Shown in pieces: positions 1-9,613 of a stretch of 64,000 nucleotides of DNA (position 1 is the stretch's first letter; every line of letters starts with the position of its first letter). This DNA is from an uncultured Nitrospiraceae bacterium. Its GTDB lineage: Bacteria; Nitrospirota; Nitrospiria; Nitrospirales; Nitrospiraceae. The notes below the pieces were generated by a model. That model had not been told where the DNA came from and did no database searches. It saw only the letters and a program-made list of their open reading frames with translations. The position numbers and the translations under genes were made by a program. The stretch covers positions 960,001 to 1,024,000 of the forward strand of contig CAVPLT010000001.1 in assembly GCA_963706325.1 (NCBI GenBank), in the 5' to 3' direction.

Positions 1-1
1 T

Positions 2-481
2 TCATGCCACTCCTTCCGTCGGAACGGGTCGAACCATGTGAGAAAGGCCGGTCAACATCATCACGGACAGGCGTCCGGTCAGCAGGGTCCGACCGTCGCC
101 GGTCATCATGACGTCGTAGATGCGGCCTTCTTCATGGGTCAGCACGAGGGTAGCGTGGATGCTTAAGGGCCCAAGCAGCTGATCCAGATGGGTCAGCGTA
201 GTCGTGACGTCACGTGCGGAAGCCAGTACTGCAGTTAAGGGACAGGGTTCACCCGGCCCTCTGAGAAGTGCCCCATGGGCGGCAATAGCCTGCGCGGCAT
301 ATTCAATGCCGCAGAGCGCCCGCAATCCGCTGTCGTCACGCAACGGGTTGTCGAGACGCCGATGGCTGGTAGCTCGGCAGACGATGAAATCCTCAGTCCA
401 ACTGTCAATACTATCGAGTAGACACATGGCTCGCCCATGTGGAATCAAGCGGGAGATGTCCAAGCATGAACCGTCCATCAA
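2..481 (-). CDS. Hotdog-fold 3-hydroxyacyl-ACP dehydratase (ApeP-like) of the aryl polyene/xanthomonadin-type cluster
   Basis: LIPH...M.LLD and EYAAQAIAAH motifs typical of this hotdog family; directly downstream of the KS/CLF pair. Confidence 0.8.
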   Translation of the reverse strand: MMDGSCLDISRLIPHGRAMCLLDSIDSWTEDFIVCRATSHRRLDNPLRDDSGLRALCGIEYAAQAIAAHGALLRGPGEPCPLTAVLASARDVTTTLTHLDQLLGPLSIHATLVLTHEEGRIYDVMMTGDGRTLLTGRLSVMMLTGLSHMVRPVPTEGVA

Positions 482-1273
482 TCACGCTCCCGGTGCACAC
501 ACAACGACGAGGTCGCTGGTGTCTGAATACTCGAGCGCCACGGTCTCTGCCGCTCGTGTAGCCCATACGATCAACAGGGGAAGGCAACGCGCGGCCGGAT
601 TGCTGCGCAAACTTTTCGGCAACTTCTCGGGCCACGTTGTGACGGCTCCGCGGGGCTCAAGTGTGACCTCCAATCGCATGAAGGACCCAGCCGGGGCCGT
701 GGGGGATAGCAATAGCGCGGCAGCAAAACTTTCTTCCACCGGACGAATCGTATGCAGCGGAGCCGGAAAGGGGACGTCCGACGCAATCAGCATCACCGGT
801 TGGCGCTCGACCGTGGCAAAAGCGGCGGCTTCGATGAGTCCGGCGGCAAAGGACACATCGAAAGCACAGAGACTGGTGGATGCCAGCCTCGAATGGGTTG
901 CGATGCTCCAATAGCCGGCCGGCGCGTTGAACACGGAGTTATGAAAGGAGGTGGGAGAGACTTCTTGTGCCGGGCCGGCCAGCGCGTCACAGATTTCCTG
1001 CGTGATGGCTCCGTCTCCGTCCGAGGAAGCGAATACGGTCGCGATCTCGTCTCCTCTTAGGCCTCCGGCACGAAAGGCATCCTGTGCCGCCATCATGGCG
1101 AGACGGGCGGACGGGCTGCTGCGACGTCGCTCGGCGGCCGATAACATATCCGGGATCGAGCGAGAGATGGGCCCAGGCCGGTATTCCGAACGGCCGGCGA
1201 GGACTGGTTGAGCCATCGACCACCCGTCCATCCCTGGCCCCGCGATGCCAACCGACGTAAGAAAGACGTGCAT
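482..1273 (-). CDS. Beta-ketoacyl synthase chain length factor (Ketoacyl-synt_2 type)
   Basis: ERRR and SPTSFHNSVFNAPAGYWSI motifs; no catalytic Cys; start moved to the ATG at 1273, which overlaps the KS stop (TGATG). Confidence 0.85.
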   Translation of the reverse strand: MHVFLTSVGIAGPGMDGWSMAQPVLAGRSEYRPGPISRSIPDMLSAAERRRSSPSARLAMMAAQDAFRAGGLRGDEIATVFASSDGDGAITQEICDALAGPAQEVSPTSFHNSVFNAPAGYWSIATHSRLASTSLCAFDVSFAAGLIEAAAFATVERQPVMLIASDVPFPAPLHTIRPVEESFAAALLLSPTAPAGSFMRLEVTLEPRGAVTTWPEKLPKSLRSNPAARCLPLLIVWATRAAETVALEYSDTSDLVVVCAPGA

Positions 1274-2463
1274 CACGGCCTCTTCCCGAAAATGAGGCTG
1301 CAATTATTGCCGCCGAAGCCGAACGAGTTGCTGATCACCGCGCGCAAGGGACGGGATTCACTGTGGAGCATTACGCAACTCTGCAGCTGAGGATCGAGCC
1401 GGTTCAGATGCATCGTGCCTGGAATGAAATCATGTCGGAGGCAGAGCGCCGAGAGGATGGCTTCAGTGATGCCGGCGGCACCGAGCGTATGGCCGGTTCT
1501 CCCCTTGGTCGAACTGCAAGGCGTCCTTCCTCCGAACGTGGTCCGGACAGCACGATCTTCCGCGAGATCGTTTGCCGGTGTGCCGGTGCCGTGGAGATTG
1601 ATGTAGTCAATCTCGATCGGCTTCAGGTCTGCGCGATCGAGGGCCCGTTCCATGGCTAGGGCCGCGCCCAATCCTTCCGGATGGGGCGTGGACATATGAT
1701 GGGCATCGCTGCTCTCGCCGTATCCTAGCAGCTGAAGTGCGCCGTCGCGGTCGCCGCGTCGTTCCAATAACATGAAGCCTGCTGCTTCTCCGATGGAGAG
1801 CCCGTTTCTGCCTTCGTCGCAGGGCCGGCAGGGGGTTTCAGAAAGGAGTCCAAGTGAGGCGAAGCCGTAGAGCGTCATAAAGCACAAACTGTCAACGCCG
1901 CCCACCACGACGGCATCGCACAATCCCACCGCCAGCCAACGGGATGCGCTGGCGAATACCTTGGCGCTAGACGAGCAAGCGGTTGAGATCGATGCGACAG
2001 GACCCTTTAGATTCAAGCGGCGCCGGACGAACTCGCTGACGGAAAACAAATTCTGCGTGTGGCGGTAGCGAACGCTCAAGGGCAGCAGTTCGCCGGATGG
2101 TGTGCGTCTGCGATAGGCCAGTTCGGTCTCGAGAATGCCGGACGTCGTGGTGCCGATCAGCACACCGATGCGCTCGGGACCATAATGCTGACGCGCCACG
2201 GCGACGGCCCGTTCGAATCCATCCTGACGCAGGCCGGCCAAGGCCAGCCGATTGTTTCGGCAGTCGAAGTCGGCGAGATCGTCGGAGATCGGCTCGGCCT
2301 CAAGTCCATCGACACGTCCAATCCATGTCTTAACGGCCGCATCCTCGAAATCATTGGGACGCAGCCCGTGCCGATCCTTACGCAAAGCATCCCAAGTGGC
2401 CGAGAGGCCGCGTCCGAGCGGATTCGCGGTGGCCATTGCGGTGATGATCGGCGCCGTCGTCAT
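1273..2463 (-). CDS. Beta-ketoacyl-ACP synthase (KS) of the aryl polyene-type cluster
   Basis: STACSSS, YINLHGTGT, TGHTLGAAG and SNSFGFGG, so an intact Cys-His-His triad; the ATG at 2463 overlaps the MMPL stop (ATGA). Confidence 0.9.
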   Translation of the reverse strand: MTTAPIITAMATANPLGRGLSATWDALRKDRHGLRPNDFEDAAVKTWIGRVDGLEAEPISDDLADFDCRNNRLALAGLRQDGFERAVAVARQHYGPERIGVLIGTTTSGILETELAYRRRTPSGELLPLSVRYRHTQNLFSVSEFVRRRLNLKGPVASISTACSSSAKVFASASRWLAVGLCDAVVVGGVDSLCFMTLYGFASLGLLSETPCRPCDEGRNGLSIGEAAGFMLLERRGDRDGALQLLGYGESSDAHHMSTPHPEGLGAALAMERALDRADLKPIEIDYINLHGTGTPANDLAEDRAVRTTFGGRTPCSSTKGRTGHTLGAAGITEAILSALCLRHDFIPGTMHLNRLDPQLQSCVMLHSESRPLRAVISNSFGFGGNNCSLIFGKRP

Positions 2464-4781
2464 GCGATCACCTGTTGTCTGCCCAGCATCGCCGCGACGA
2501 GCAACGAGAAGGCGGCTCCGAGCCCGACCGTGAGGCCGATGGCATGGAGGACGGGCGTGCGGGAGAACGCCAGCGCGCCGAAGGCCGAAAGAGTCGCCAA
2601 GATACAGATGGTGAGCGAGAGCCACGTCTGCCGCCTCTCGTCTTCATCGGCGAACGGCCGGTTGAAGAAAAGGGCATAGTTGAGCCCCACGCCCAATACG
2701 AGCAGCAAGGACACGAGATGGAACAATGAGAGCCGTTCTCCGATGAGCGTGAGCACGGTCACCACAAAGAGGACGGCGAGTAACGGCGGAAGGAGGACGC
2801 GTCCCACGAGGAGCACATTACGCAATCCCCACCACAATATGCCCGTGATGGCGAGCACTCCGAGCGCGGTGAGTTGCAAGGATTGTTGCCGGTAGCCGTT
2901 GACCAATCGACCGGCTTCAGCCTTCAGATCGAGAAAGGTCAGGCCTGGGACCGGTTCATGGTTCGTGCGATCGGCCAATGCCGAGGCGGACTGGACCCCG
3001 CGAAGCGGAGCCAGAGCCGTCCATTCATCTCCGCTTCCCAAGAGAAGCGCTCTGACTTTGAGAGAGAAGGCGGACCGTTGCAAATTGACGCTGTCCATCA
3101 ATTCGCGAGTGCGGGCCTGTTCCACGTCATGCAAGAACGGTTCGAAAAGTCCGGTTCGGAAAGGCAGCCCTTCCAGAGCATGGTCGAGGGAGGCCTTGAG
3201 CACAGGAGCAGACGGAAGGGCCGATTGGCGAAGCCGTTGCGTCCTTTCTGACGGCAAATACAGGCTGGGCAGATCAAAACCGCTTAGCAGCTTGTCCTCC
3301 ACCAGCCGGTGGAGGACAAGCGCGGCAGATTCACTGCGTTGCAGCACCTCTTCTTGGCTCGCGCCACGAATGGCAAGCAGATATCGAACGTCCGGTGCGC
3401 CGAGGTCATGGCGCAATTGTTCATCGAGGGCCTTGGACGATGGGGAGATCGGGCTCAAATTGGCGAGATCATTATCCCAGATGTCTTGATGACGGACTGC
3501 CAGCGTTGCGATAGCGAGAACGACTAACAACCAGACGATCCAGCGCGCGCGACCCACCGTTGCAATGAGCGCCGTCCAATTCAGCGGCAGAATCTCGTGC
3601 GGAAGAGTGCGCAACATCCGTGGCGCTAACGCCGGAAGGATCCAGCGTGTGACGAGTCCAGCGACCAGCACGCCCACGAACGCGAGAACGCCCAGTTGCG
3701 ACAGGCCAGTGATGCTTGAGAACAACATACTGAGGGCGCCGAATACCGTGGTCAGGACGGCAAGTCTCAGGGTGGGCCACACTCTCGCTAAGGTGTGCTG
3801 CAACTGTTCACCGGCCTTGACCTGGGTCAAGACATAGGCCGGGTAGTCGACGGCCTCTCCGATCAGTGTCGCGCCGAAGCCGAGCGTGATGCCATGCACA
3901 AACCCGAAGACCAATTGGACTGCAGCCACGCCCACGAGCAGTCCGGTTAACACCGGCAGCAGGCTCAACACAATTGGAGTCAAAGAGCGGTAGACGGCGA
4001 ACAATAACGCGGTGACCAGCACGGTGGCCACGAGGGAGAGGCGCCAGGAATCTTGTTGGATCGTGGCCCTGGATTCAACCGCAAATACGCCTGGGCCGCT
4101 CAAGAGGAGCCGGCTGCTCTCCGGCAGTCCTGAAGCGGTGAAGGCTGCGTGGATTGCGCGCACCGCCGCATCCTGTTGATCGAGATCAAATCCCGGCGCG
4201 CTGGTTTCGGCCACGAGTTGAGCCCTGGTGTGATCATGAGAAAACCATATGCCGTGCAACATCGAAGGCTGGTCGGTGGTCGAGAATTCGGAGAGAATAT
4301 GGACCACTTCCCCGGTGGGGTCGGTGGGCAATGCGGATTTCAACACCGCTCCTGCGGGCGAACCGAGTAGTTGCAGCTGTCGTTCGAGCGCCGATCGCAG
4401 GGCCGGCGTCGAGAAGTGTTCGGGTGTGACGGCCGAGCTCAGGAGATAACGGTGACGCATCAAGATGTCGCGCTCAACGGTGAAATCCGCGGGATCTCCA
4501 TTGTTCACCGATGTGAAGAGCGCGGTCTCCTTCAGGCTGTGGGCGATCTTGCGGCTGGCCTCGGCTAAGACCTCCGTCGAGGCGCCTTCGAGAGCAATGA
4601 GAATGAGCCGCGCGGCCACGCCATCACGCAGTTGGCTCACCAACAATTCCTGCATGTGATCCGCTGAGCGGGGCAGTAAGGCCGTCAGGTCGGTAGTCAC
4701 GGTCATGTTCGCGATCACTCCTCCACTGACAAACAGCAACACCAACCAGAAAATGACCGCCGCTTGAGCCTGCCGCATCAC
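2460..4781 (-). CDS. MMPL/RND-family exporter (xanthomonadin/aryl polyene exporter type)
   Basis: 773 aa, two halves each with one TM, a large loop and five TMs; GEAVDY and GVGLNY motifs. Confidence 0.85.
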   Translation of the reverse strand: MMRQAQAAVIFWLVLLFVSGGVIANMTVTTDLTALLPRSADHMQELLVSQLRDGVAARLILIALEGASTEVLAEASRKIAHSLKETALFTSVNNGDPADFTVERDILMRHRYLLSSAVTPEHFSTPALRSALERQLQLLGSPAGAVLKSALPTDPTGEVVHILSEFSTTDQPSMLHGIWFSHDHTRAQLVAETSAPGFDLDQQDAAVRAIHAAFTASGLPESSRLLLSGPGVFAVESRATIQQDSWRLSLVATVLVTALLFAVYRSLTPIVLSLLPVLTGLLVGVAAVQLVFGFVHGITLGFGATLIGEAVDYPAYVLTQVKAGEQLQHTLARVWPTLRLAVLTTVFGALSMLFSSITGLSQLGVLAFVGVLVAGLVTRWILPALAPRMLRTLPHEILPLNWTALIATVGRARWIVWLLVVLAIATLAVRHQDIWDNDLANLSPISPSSKALDEQLRHDLGAPDVRYLLAIRGASQEEVLQRSESAALVLHRLVEDKLLSGFDLPSLYLPSERTQRLRQSALPSAPVLKASLDHALEGLPFRTGLFEPFLHDVEQARTRELMDSVNLQRSAFSLKVRALLLGSGDEWTALAPLRGVQSASALADRTNHEPVPGLTFLDLKAEAGRLVNGYRQQSLQLTALGVLAITGILWWGLRNVLLVGRVLLPPLLAVLFVVTVLTLIGERLSLFHLVSLLLVLGVGLNYALFFNRPFADEDERRQTWLSLTICILATLSAFGALAFSRTPVLHAIGLTVGLGAAFSLLVAAMLGRQQVIA

Positions 4782-5368
4782 GAGGCCGGCTCAAGGATCT
4801 GCATGAGTGAACGGTCTCCTCCGGTTTCGCGTATATCCACCACCGTCATTCGATCGCCGTGACCCGAAATGGTGATCGAGGTGAGGTACTCCGCAACCTG
4901 TGCATCCAATGGCCGTAGCGTCAGCGTCCACTGCTGCTGAGTCCCCTGGATTTTGATGTGGTACAGCCGCCTCAGGACGGCGAGCTCGCCTGCCAGACTT
5001 GCTCTGATGGCCTCGATGAACGAGCGAATCAACGGATGGCTGTCCACGGCCAAGTGCTTCGTCCCCTCCCGGGTGGAGAGTGAAAGCTGATCCCCTTGGA
5101 CGACAAGATGTTCGGCATAGGGTGACGTGACATGTTTTTCGACACGGTCGGGGCGTACATAGGCCAAGGTCCCTTTCAGGACTAACGGCTGGGTCAACAT
5201 GGCCACGGTCTTCGTTTCGGTGAATCGATCTTCGCGGGAGGTCACCCTTGCCATGAGGTCCATCAGTCCTGGTAAGTCCAAAGGTGACCGGTCGGTCACC
5301 TGCTCGGCGAAGACTGGTGGTAGCCCGAGGAATAGACTACACAGCAGTGTGAACCGGGCGAGGGTCAT
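4778..5368 (-). CDS. LolA-like periplasmic lipid carrier
   Basis: Signal peptide followed by F.E.K...L..PL...G.L.Y.RPD and W.L.L.P; position typical for these clusters; start approximate. Confidence 0.75.
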   Translation of the reverse strand: MTLARFTLLCSLFLGLPPVFAEQVTDRSPLDLPGLMDLMARVTSREDRFTETKTVAMLTQPLVLKGTLAYVRPDRVEKHVTSPYAEHLVVQGDQLSLSTREGTKHLAVDSHPLIRSFIEAIRASLAGELAVLRRLYHIKIQGTQQQWTLTLRPLDAQVAEYLTSITISGHGDRMTVVDIRETGGDRSLMQILEPAS

Positions 5369-6251
5369 CGGTAAGGTCATAAAAGTTGAACCAGTTGTAC
5401 GGATAGAGGCGACAATAATGTTCCAGGCGACTGACGTACCGCTCGATCCAGGGTCGAAGGGACTCCGACCGTTTTGCGCGATCAAGAGGAATGTTGTCCG
5501 CCAACCGCTCAAAATGAATGTCATACTGTTTGCCACCTTGGTAGAGTCCAAAAAACAGGACGACCGGCACTTGCAGGAGCGCGGCCAGCAATAACGGCCC
5601 TTCCGGAAACTGCCTCGGCTTACCGAGGAAATCGCACATCATCCCTCTTTCTTCACCGAACACTCGGTCACCCAGAATTCCGACCATTTCACCTCGGTCG
5701 AGCCGCTCCTTCACCGCGAGCATGGTACCCGGTGTGCCGGGAGGGATGATGCGGTCGCGAATCTGCGGGTGAAGACTATGCAGCACGGCGTTCAAATTGG
5801 AGGCCGCGGATTCATGCATGATCACGGTGATCGGTAAGTGTTGATCGAACAGGCCATGCGCGCGCAGCACTTCAAAACTCCCCAGATGCGACCCTAAGAG
5901 GAGACAGCCACGCTTTTGGGCCAGAATGGCTTGTAGTTCCGACGCGCCCTCCATGTGAATATCGAAATAACCATGCCGGCCCGACAAAAGATACACTCGA
6001 TCATGGATGGTCGATGCAAAGGCATGGTAGTGACGAAATACATCCTTCCATCCAGGGGCTCGATTGAGAACGAGCCGCAGGTATTCTCGGGAGGTGCGTC
6101 GAGTGCCTCGGGAAAACAGCAGGAAATAGAGACAGATCGGATAGAGAAACCAGCGGGCAATGGCACGGCCCAGACGAAGCGTCATCCAGGCCAGGAGGCG
6201 AATCAATCTCCGGCTGCCGCGTTCACGTTGCATGAGCCAGCGGGTGCTCAT
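5337..6251 (-). CDS. LpxL/LpxP-like acyltransferase
   Basis: W...ERGS N-terminus, SHLGSFE, GDR and PYNWFNFYD motifs; the ATG at 6251 overlaps the upstream stop. Confidence 0.85.
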   Translation of the reverse strand: MSTRWLMQRERGSRRLIRLLAWMTLRLGRAIARWFLYPICLYFLLFSRGTRRTSREYLRLVLNRAPGWKDVFRHYHAFASTIHDRVYLLSGRHGYFDIHMEGASELQAILAQKRGCLLLGSHLGSFEVLRAHGLFDQHLPITVIMHESAASNLNAVLHSLHPQIRDRIIPPGTPGTMLAVKERLDRGEMVGILGDRVFGEERGMMCDFLGKPRQFPEGPLLLAALLQVPVVLFFGLYQGGKQYDIHFERLADNIPLDRAKRSESLRPWIERYVSRLEHYCRLYPYNWFNFYDLTDDPRPVHTAV

Positions 6252-6571
6252 GACCGATCCTGATCTGTCACGGGGGCGGCCCGTTGGAGTGTGCCGGCGG
6301 CAATACGATCCTGACTGCGGAGAATCGCAAATGACACACTGTTCTCTGACAATCGTTCCAAATGCAACGTGAAGGCCTCGCTCGGGCGAAGCAGGCGCAT
6401 AAATTTTATCGATGTCACCGAAACCGGATCTCCGCTCCAATCGAGCCAGGCTTCCGTCGCCTGCACCAGCTCACTTAAGATGACGACGCCCGGCACGACG
6501 GGGTTGCCGGGAAAATGTCCCGCTAAGGCTGGATGGTCCGGGCTGATCAATCGCCTCACCTCATGTCGCAT
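6248..6571 (-). CDS. Small FabA/FabZ-like dehydratase (ApeI-like)
   Basis: HPALAGHFPGNPVVPGVV motif; start placed at ATG 6571 (MRHEV). Confidence 0.85.
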   Translation of the reverse strand: MRHEVRRLISPDHPALAGHFPGNPVVPGVVILSELVQATEAWLDWSGDPVSVTSIKFMRLLRPSEAFTLHLERLSENSVSFAILRSQDRIAAGTLQRAAPVTDQDRS

Positions 6572-6588
6572 AAACCATCGCGCGGGCT

Positions 6589-8001
6589 CTAAGTCCTGGA
6601 ATGCCGGAATTGCTCTGCAAAGGTTTTCAATAGCTCGTGAGGCAGTTTGCCGGTGCCGTTTCGAGGCAAGGAGTCCACAAGATACAAGGGGCGCGGTAGG
6701 AAGACCGGGTCGATGCGTTTTCTGAGATCGGCGAGTATCGCGGCACGGCTGAGACCAGGGGCCACTGCAAACGCGCTTAAGCGACCGTTGCCGGACTCTC
6801 CGTGATCCGGCCAATAAAAGGCGCCGTCGAGCACCCCGTTCACGCGGTGCAAAGCCGTGTTGAGCGCCGCCAAAGACGCGCGTTTTCCGGCTACCTTAAC
6901 CAAGTCATAATGTGGTCCAAGCAGCAGGAATTCCCGCCGGTTGCGCAAATGAATGCGATCCGTCAATTTGAGCCATCCGCCCACATGCCCGCCCATGACC
7001 CATGTGCTGTCACCCTCTTGTTTCATCCGCAACTCATGGCAAAGGGTCCAGAGGTCACCATCCGACGTATGTCGCGAGGCGAGCATGCCGCCTTCTGTGC
7101 AGCCGTAGATTTCATGGACCGGCAAATGCCAGAGGTCTTCCGCATCCTGCGCAACCGAGCGGGCCAGCGGCATGGTGGCGGAAATAATGCCCTCGAGGCC
7201 GGTCAGCAGAGTCTGCTCGCAGAGGTAGGCGTTCAGGTGGAAAGGCGTGGTCATCAACCACGCTGGTGAGCCTAGCCGTTCGAGATCCGTACGAATGTCC
7301 GCGGGTAAAATCGAATTGCCGCCATGCAAGCTCCAGCCCCACTGGAAGGGAAGCATGACGGTCGTTTCCAATCCATACATGTGTTGCGCCGGGACGGTTC
7401 CCACTACGGTCCGAGGAGGATAGCTGGCCAAGTCAAACTGCCTGCCCAGTGCCTTGGCTCCCATCACGAGAGATCCCCAACTTTTGGCATGGGCCTGCGG
7501 GAACCCACTGCTTCCTGAAGTGAAGGCGATGGCAGCAATCTGCGCGGCTGGAATAATAGGGTTTTCCGGCGAGCCGGAAGCAGACCAGCCCCAATCGCCG
7601 AGCCGGAATTGAGGCAGCGAAGTGTCCAGTTGGTCATGATCGGTTAACACGTAGGCGTCGGAATAACAGTGCGCGAGTTGATGCAGTGATTCTTCCGCGC
7701 GGCATGGTGGCAAGAGGTTCGTTTGCCGGGCTACTAGTGCCGCAGCAAATCCAACGGCAAAATGATAGCGATCCTTGCAGACGTTGATCGCATAGCGTTG
7801 TGCGGGAAGCCTGCTGGCTAGGCCCCACACCGACCGGAGGAACTCCTGAACCGAGTGTGCGCGATTACCCTGCCAGGCTATGATAGAGGTCGGCGATGCA
7901 TGCGCGAGCAGGGGATAGACAGTCGGCTCGGCGGACGTGCGGGCATGAGAGCGCCGTCGGAGAGTGACCGAAGCAATTTCACTGTCCATTGAGCGCATCA
8001 T
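6589..8001 (-). CDS. AMP-binding acyl/aryl-ACP ligase (XanA2/ApeH-like starter-unit ligase)
   Basis: FTSGSSG.P, HMYG, YGCTE and LPRNGTGK adenylation motifs; adjacent to an ACP; exact start uncertain. Confidence 0.85.
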   Translation of the reverse strand: MMRSMDSEIASVTLRRRSHARTSAEPTVYPLLAHASPTSIIAWQGNRAHSVQEFLRSVWGLASRLPAQRYAINVCKDRYHFAVGFAAALVARQTNLLPPCRAEESLHQLAHCYSDAYVLTDHDQLDTSLPQFRLGDWGWSASGSPENPIIPAAQIAAIAFTSGSSGFPQAHAKSWGSLVMGAKALGRQFDLASYPPRTVVGTVPAQHMYGLETTVMLPFQWGWSLHGGNSILPADIRTDLERLGSPAWLMTTPFHLNAYLCEQTLLTGLEGIISATMPLARSVAQDAEDLWHLPVHEIYGCTEGGMLASRHTSDGDLWTLCHELRMKQEGDSTWVMGGHVGGWLKLTDRIHLRNRREFLLLGPHYDLVKVAGKRASLAALNTALHRVNGVLDGAFYWPDHGESGNGRLSAFAVAPGLSRAAILADLRKRIDPVFLPRPLYLVDSLPRNGTGKLPHELLKTFAEQFRHSRT

Positions 8002-8279
8002 CGAATCCGATGTTGGGCGATGTAATCTGTCAAGGCACGCAGGGAGGCCAAGGCGGCCCGGTTCTCAGAGCGCAATTCCACACCGTACCGCTTGGATACC
8101 GCCAGGGCGACCTCAAGCATGTCGATGGAGTCCAGTCCCAGCCCCTCACCGAAGAGCGCTGCTTCGGGATCGATGTCTTTTGGCAGCATTTCCAGTTTAA
8201 GCGAGTCGACGATGAGCCGAGCGATGCCCGGCTGGAGATCCTCTTCTGTATTGAGACCCGGATGCGCTGGTGTCGCCAT
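7998..8279 (-). CDS. Acyl carrier protein
   Basis: GLGLDSIDMLE phosphopantetheine attachment motif; 93 aa, acidic. Confidence 0.9.
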   Translation of the reverse strand: MATPAHPGLNTEEDLQPGIARLIVDSLKLEMLPKDIDPEAALFGEGLGLDSIDMLEVALAVSKRYGVELRSENRAALASLRALTDYIAQHRIR

Positions 8280-8280
8280 A

Positions 8281-9111
8281 TTATTGTGCCTCTACAAGTG
8301 TGGCGGTGGAGCAGTTGACTGAAACAGTGGACAGGGCTCGCGCAAGGCCTGCGGTCAAGAGTTCCTCGGGATTGTCGAAAAACGGCTTGTGATGCAGCGG
8401 GAGGCCCAATCGCACCGCTTCGTCAACCAGGAGCCCGAGATATTCGGCCATATGTTCGGCCGTGAAGGCGTTGGTATCATGGAACGTCACGACAACCGGA
8501 ATGGTTTGATTGACGACAGGCAGCTCCCCCCTGAGGAATCGGGATCGGAGCTTTGCCAGCTGAGAGGGGAAGCTCCATTTTCGGAGCAAATGAATCCCCC
8601 AGTTGACTCCATCGAAGGCCTTCACATCCGACAACATCATACGAAGTTGATGCCGGCTGTATCGAAACTGCGTCGACGAATTGTACGACCAATAGGGGGG
8701 CCTGACCAACAGGGTTGGTCGTCCCGTGATGCCCTCGAGGTCTTCCTTTCCATCCAGCAGGGAGCGATCCAGATCCGTCGGGGTCATGCCGGTATGCCTG
8801 ACATGTCCCCGCGCCGTTCCCGTATGCAAACCCAAGAGGTGGCCCTCTGCATGTTCGATGGCCAAGATGGCTCGACCCTCAGATGAGCCGCCCCTCTTGG
8901 GATCTCTCGTCTGCACGAAGAAAATCGCTTTGATGTCCTGTTGGACCGGATTGCGCGCCAAATGGCGTAGCACTTGACCGGTATGGCTATGCGGTCCGTC
9001 ATCAAACGTGAGCAAGAAGCGCAAGGTGAGCCGAGGGTCGTCCGAGTCGGCCGATGCAATGCCCACCGTGCGGATTTTTTCGGCTCCCAGGAAGGCCCCT
9101 AGTGCGTTCAT
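8281..9111 (-). CDS. Polysaccharide deacetylase (NodB/CE4 family)
   Basis: LTFDDGP, H.....H, RPPY and late HD motifs. Confidence 0.8.
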   Translation of the reverse strand: MNALGAFLGAEKIRTVGIASADSDDPRLTLRFLLTFDDGPHSHTGQVLRHLARNPVQQDIKAIFFVQTRDPKRGGSSEGRAILAIEHAEGHLLGLHTGTARGHVRHTGMTPTDLDRSLLDGKEDLEGITGRPTLLVRPPYWSYNSSTQFRYSRHQLRMMLSDVKAFDGVNWGIHLLRKWSFPSQLAKLRSRFLRGELPVVNQTIPVVVTFHDTNAFTAEHMAEYLGLLVDEAVRLGLPLHHKPFFDNPEELLTAGLARALSTVSVNCSTATLVEAQ

Positions 9112-9121
9112 CGTCCTGCTC

Positions 9122-9397
9122 CTAGGTTTTATTCATCACCACTTTGCCCGTGCATATATAATTGTTTGTATAGATCCAGGAAATCGGTCCGGAGGAGGGC
9201 TGGTTTTGCACGTCTGTCAGACGCACTTTCACGTTCAGCTTCTGAGCGTCCTCCTTGAGGTTTTCTATGCAGCCTTCCGGGGATCGGCCACTGGAAATGA
9301 CCTTTTCAATTTCATTGGTGTCGAAGTTGGGAATGGTGTAATGAGGCCCACAACCTGCGATCAGCACAACTATTCCGAGTGCCCACGACCTTTTCAT
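9122..9397 (-). CDS. Small lipoprotein of unknown function
   Basis: Lipobox IAG-C after a hydrophobic segment; AGGAG RBS upstream; two further Cys. Confidence 0.7.
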   Translation of the reverse strand: MKRSWALGIVVLIAGCGPHYTIPNFDTNEIEKVISSGRSPEGCIENLKEDAQKLNVKVRLTDVQNQPSSGPISWIYTNNYICTGKVVMNKT

Positions 9398-9613
9398 AAC
9401 GGTGCTCCTCTGTTGGCGGTAAATAATGCTGCCTGTCGTCTCACGCTGACTGTATTGAGGTGGCGACTACACATACACTAGTGATATCCCTAGCCCCCAT
9501 CCCATACAGCCCGAGTTGTTTGGACCTGGGACTCGCTTGCGGCCCCTCAACACAGGCCATACAATGCCTGCCGTTGCCCGACTCAATTGAACCGGTGTAG
9601 TAGGGAGAGACTA

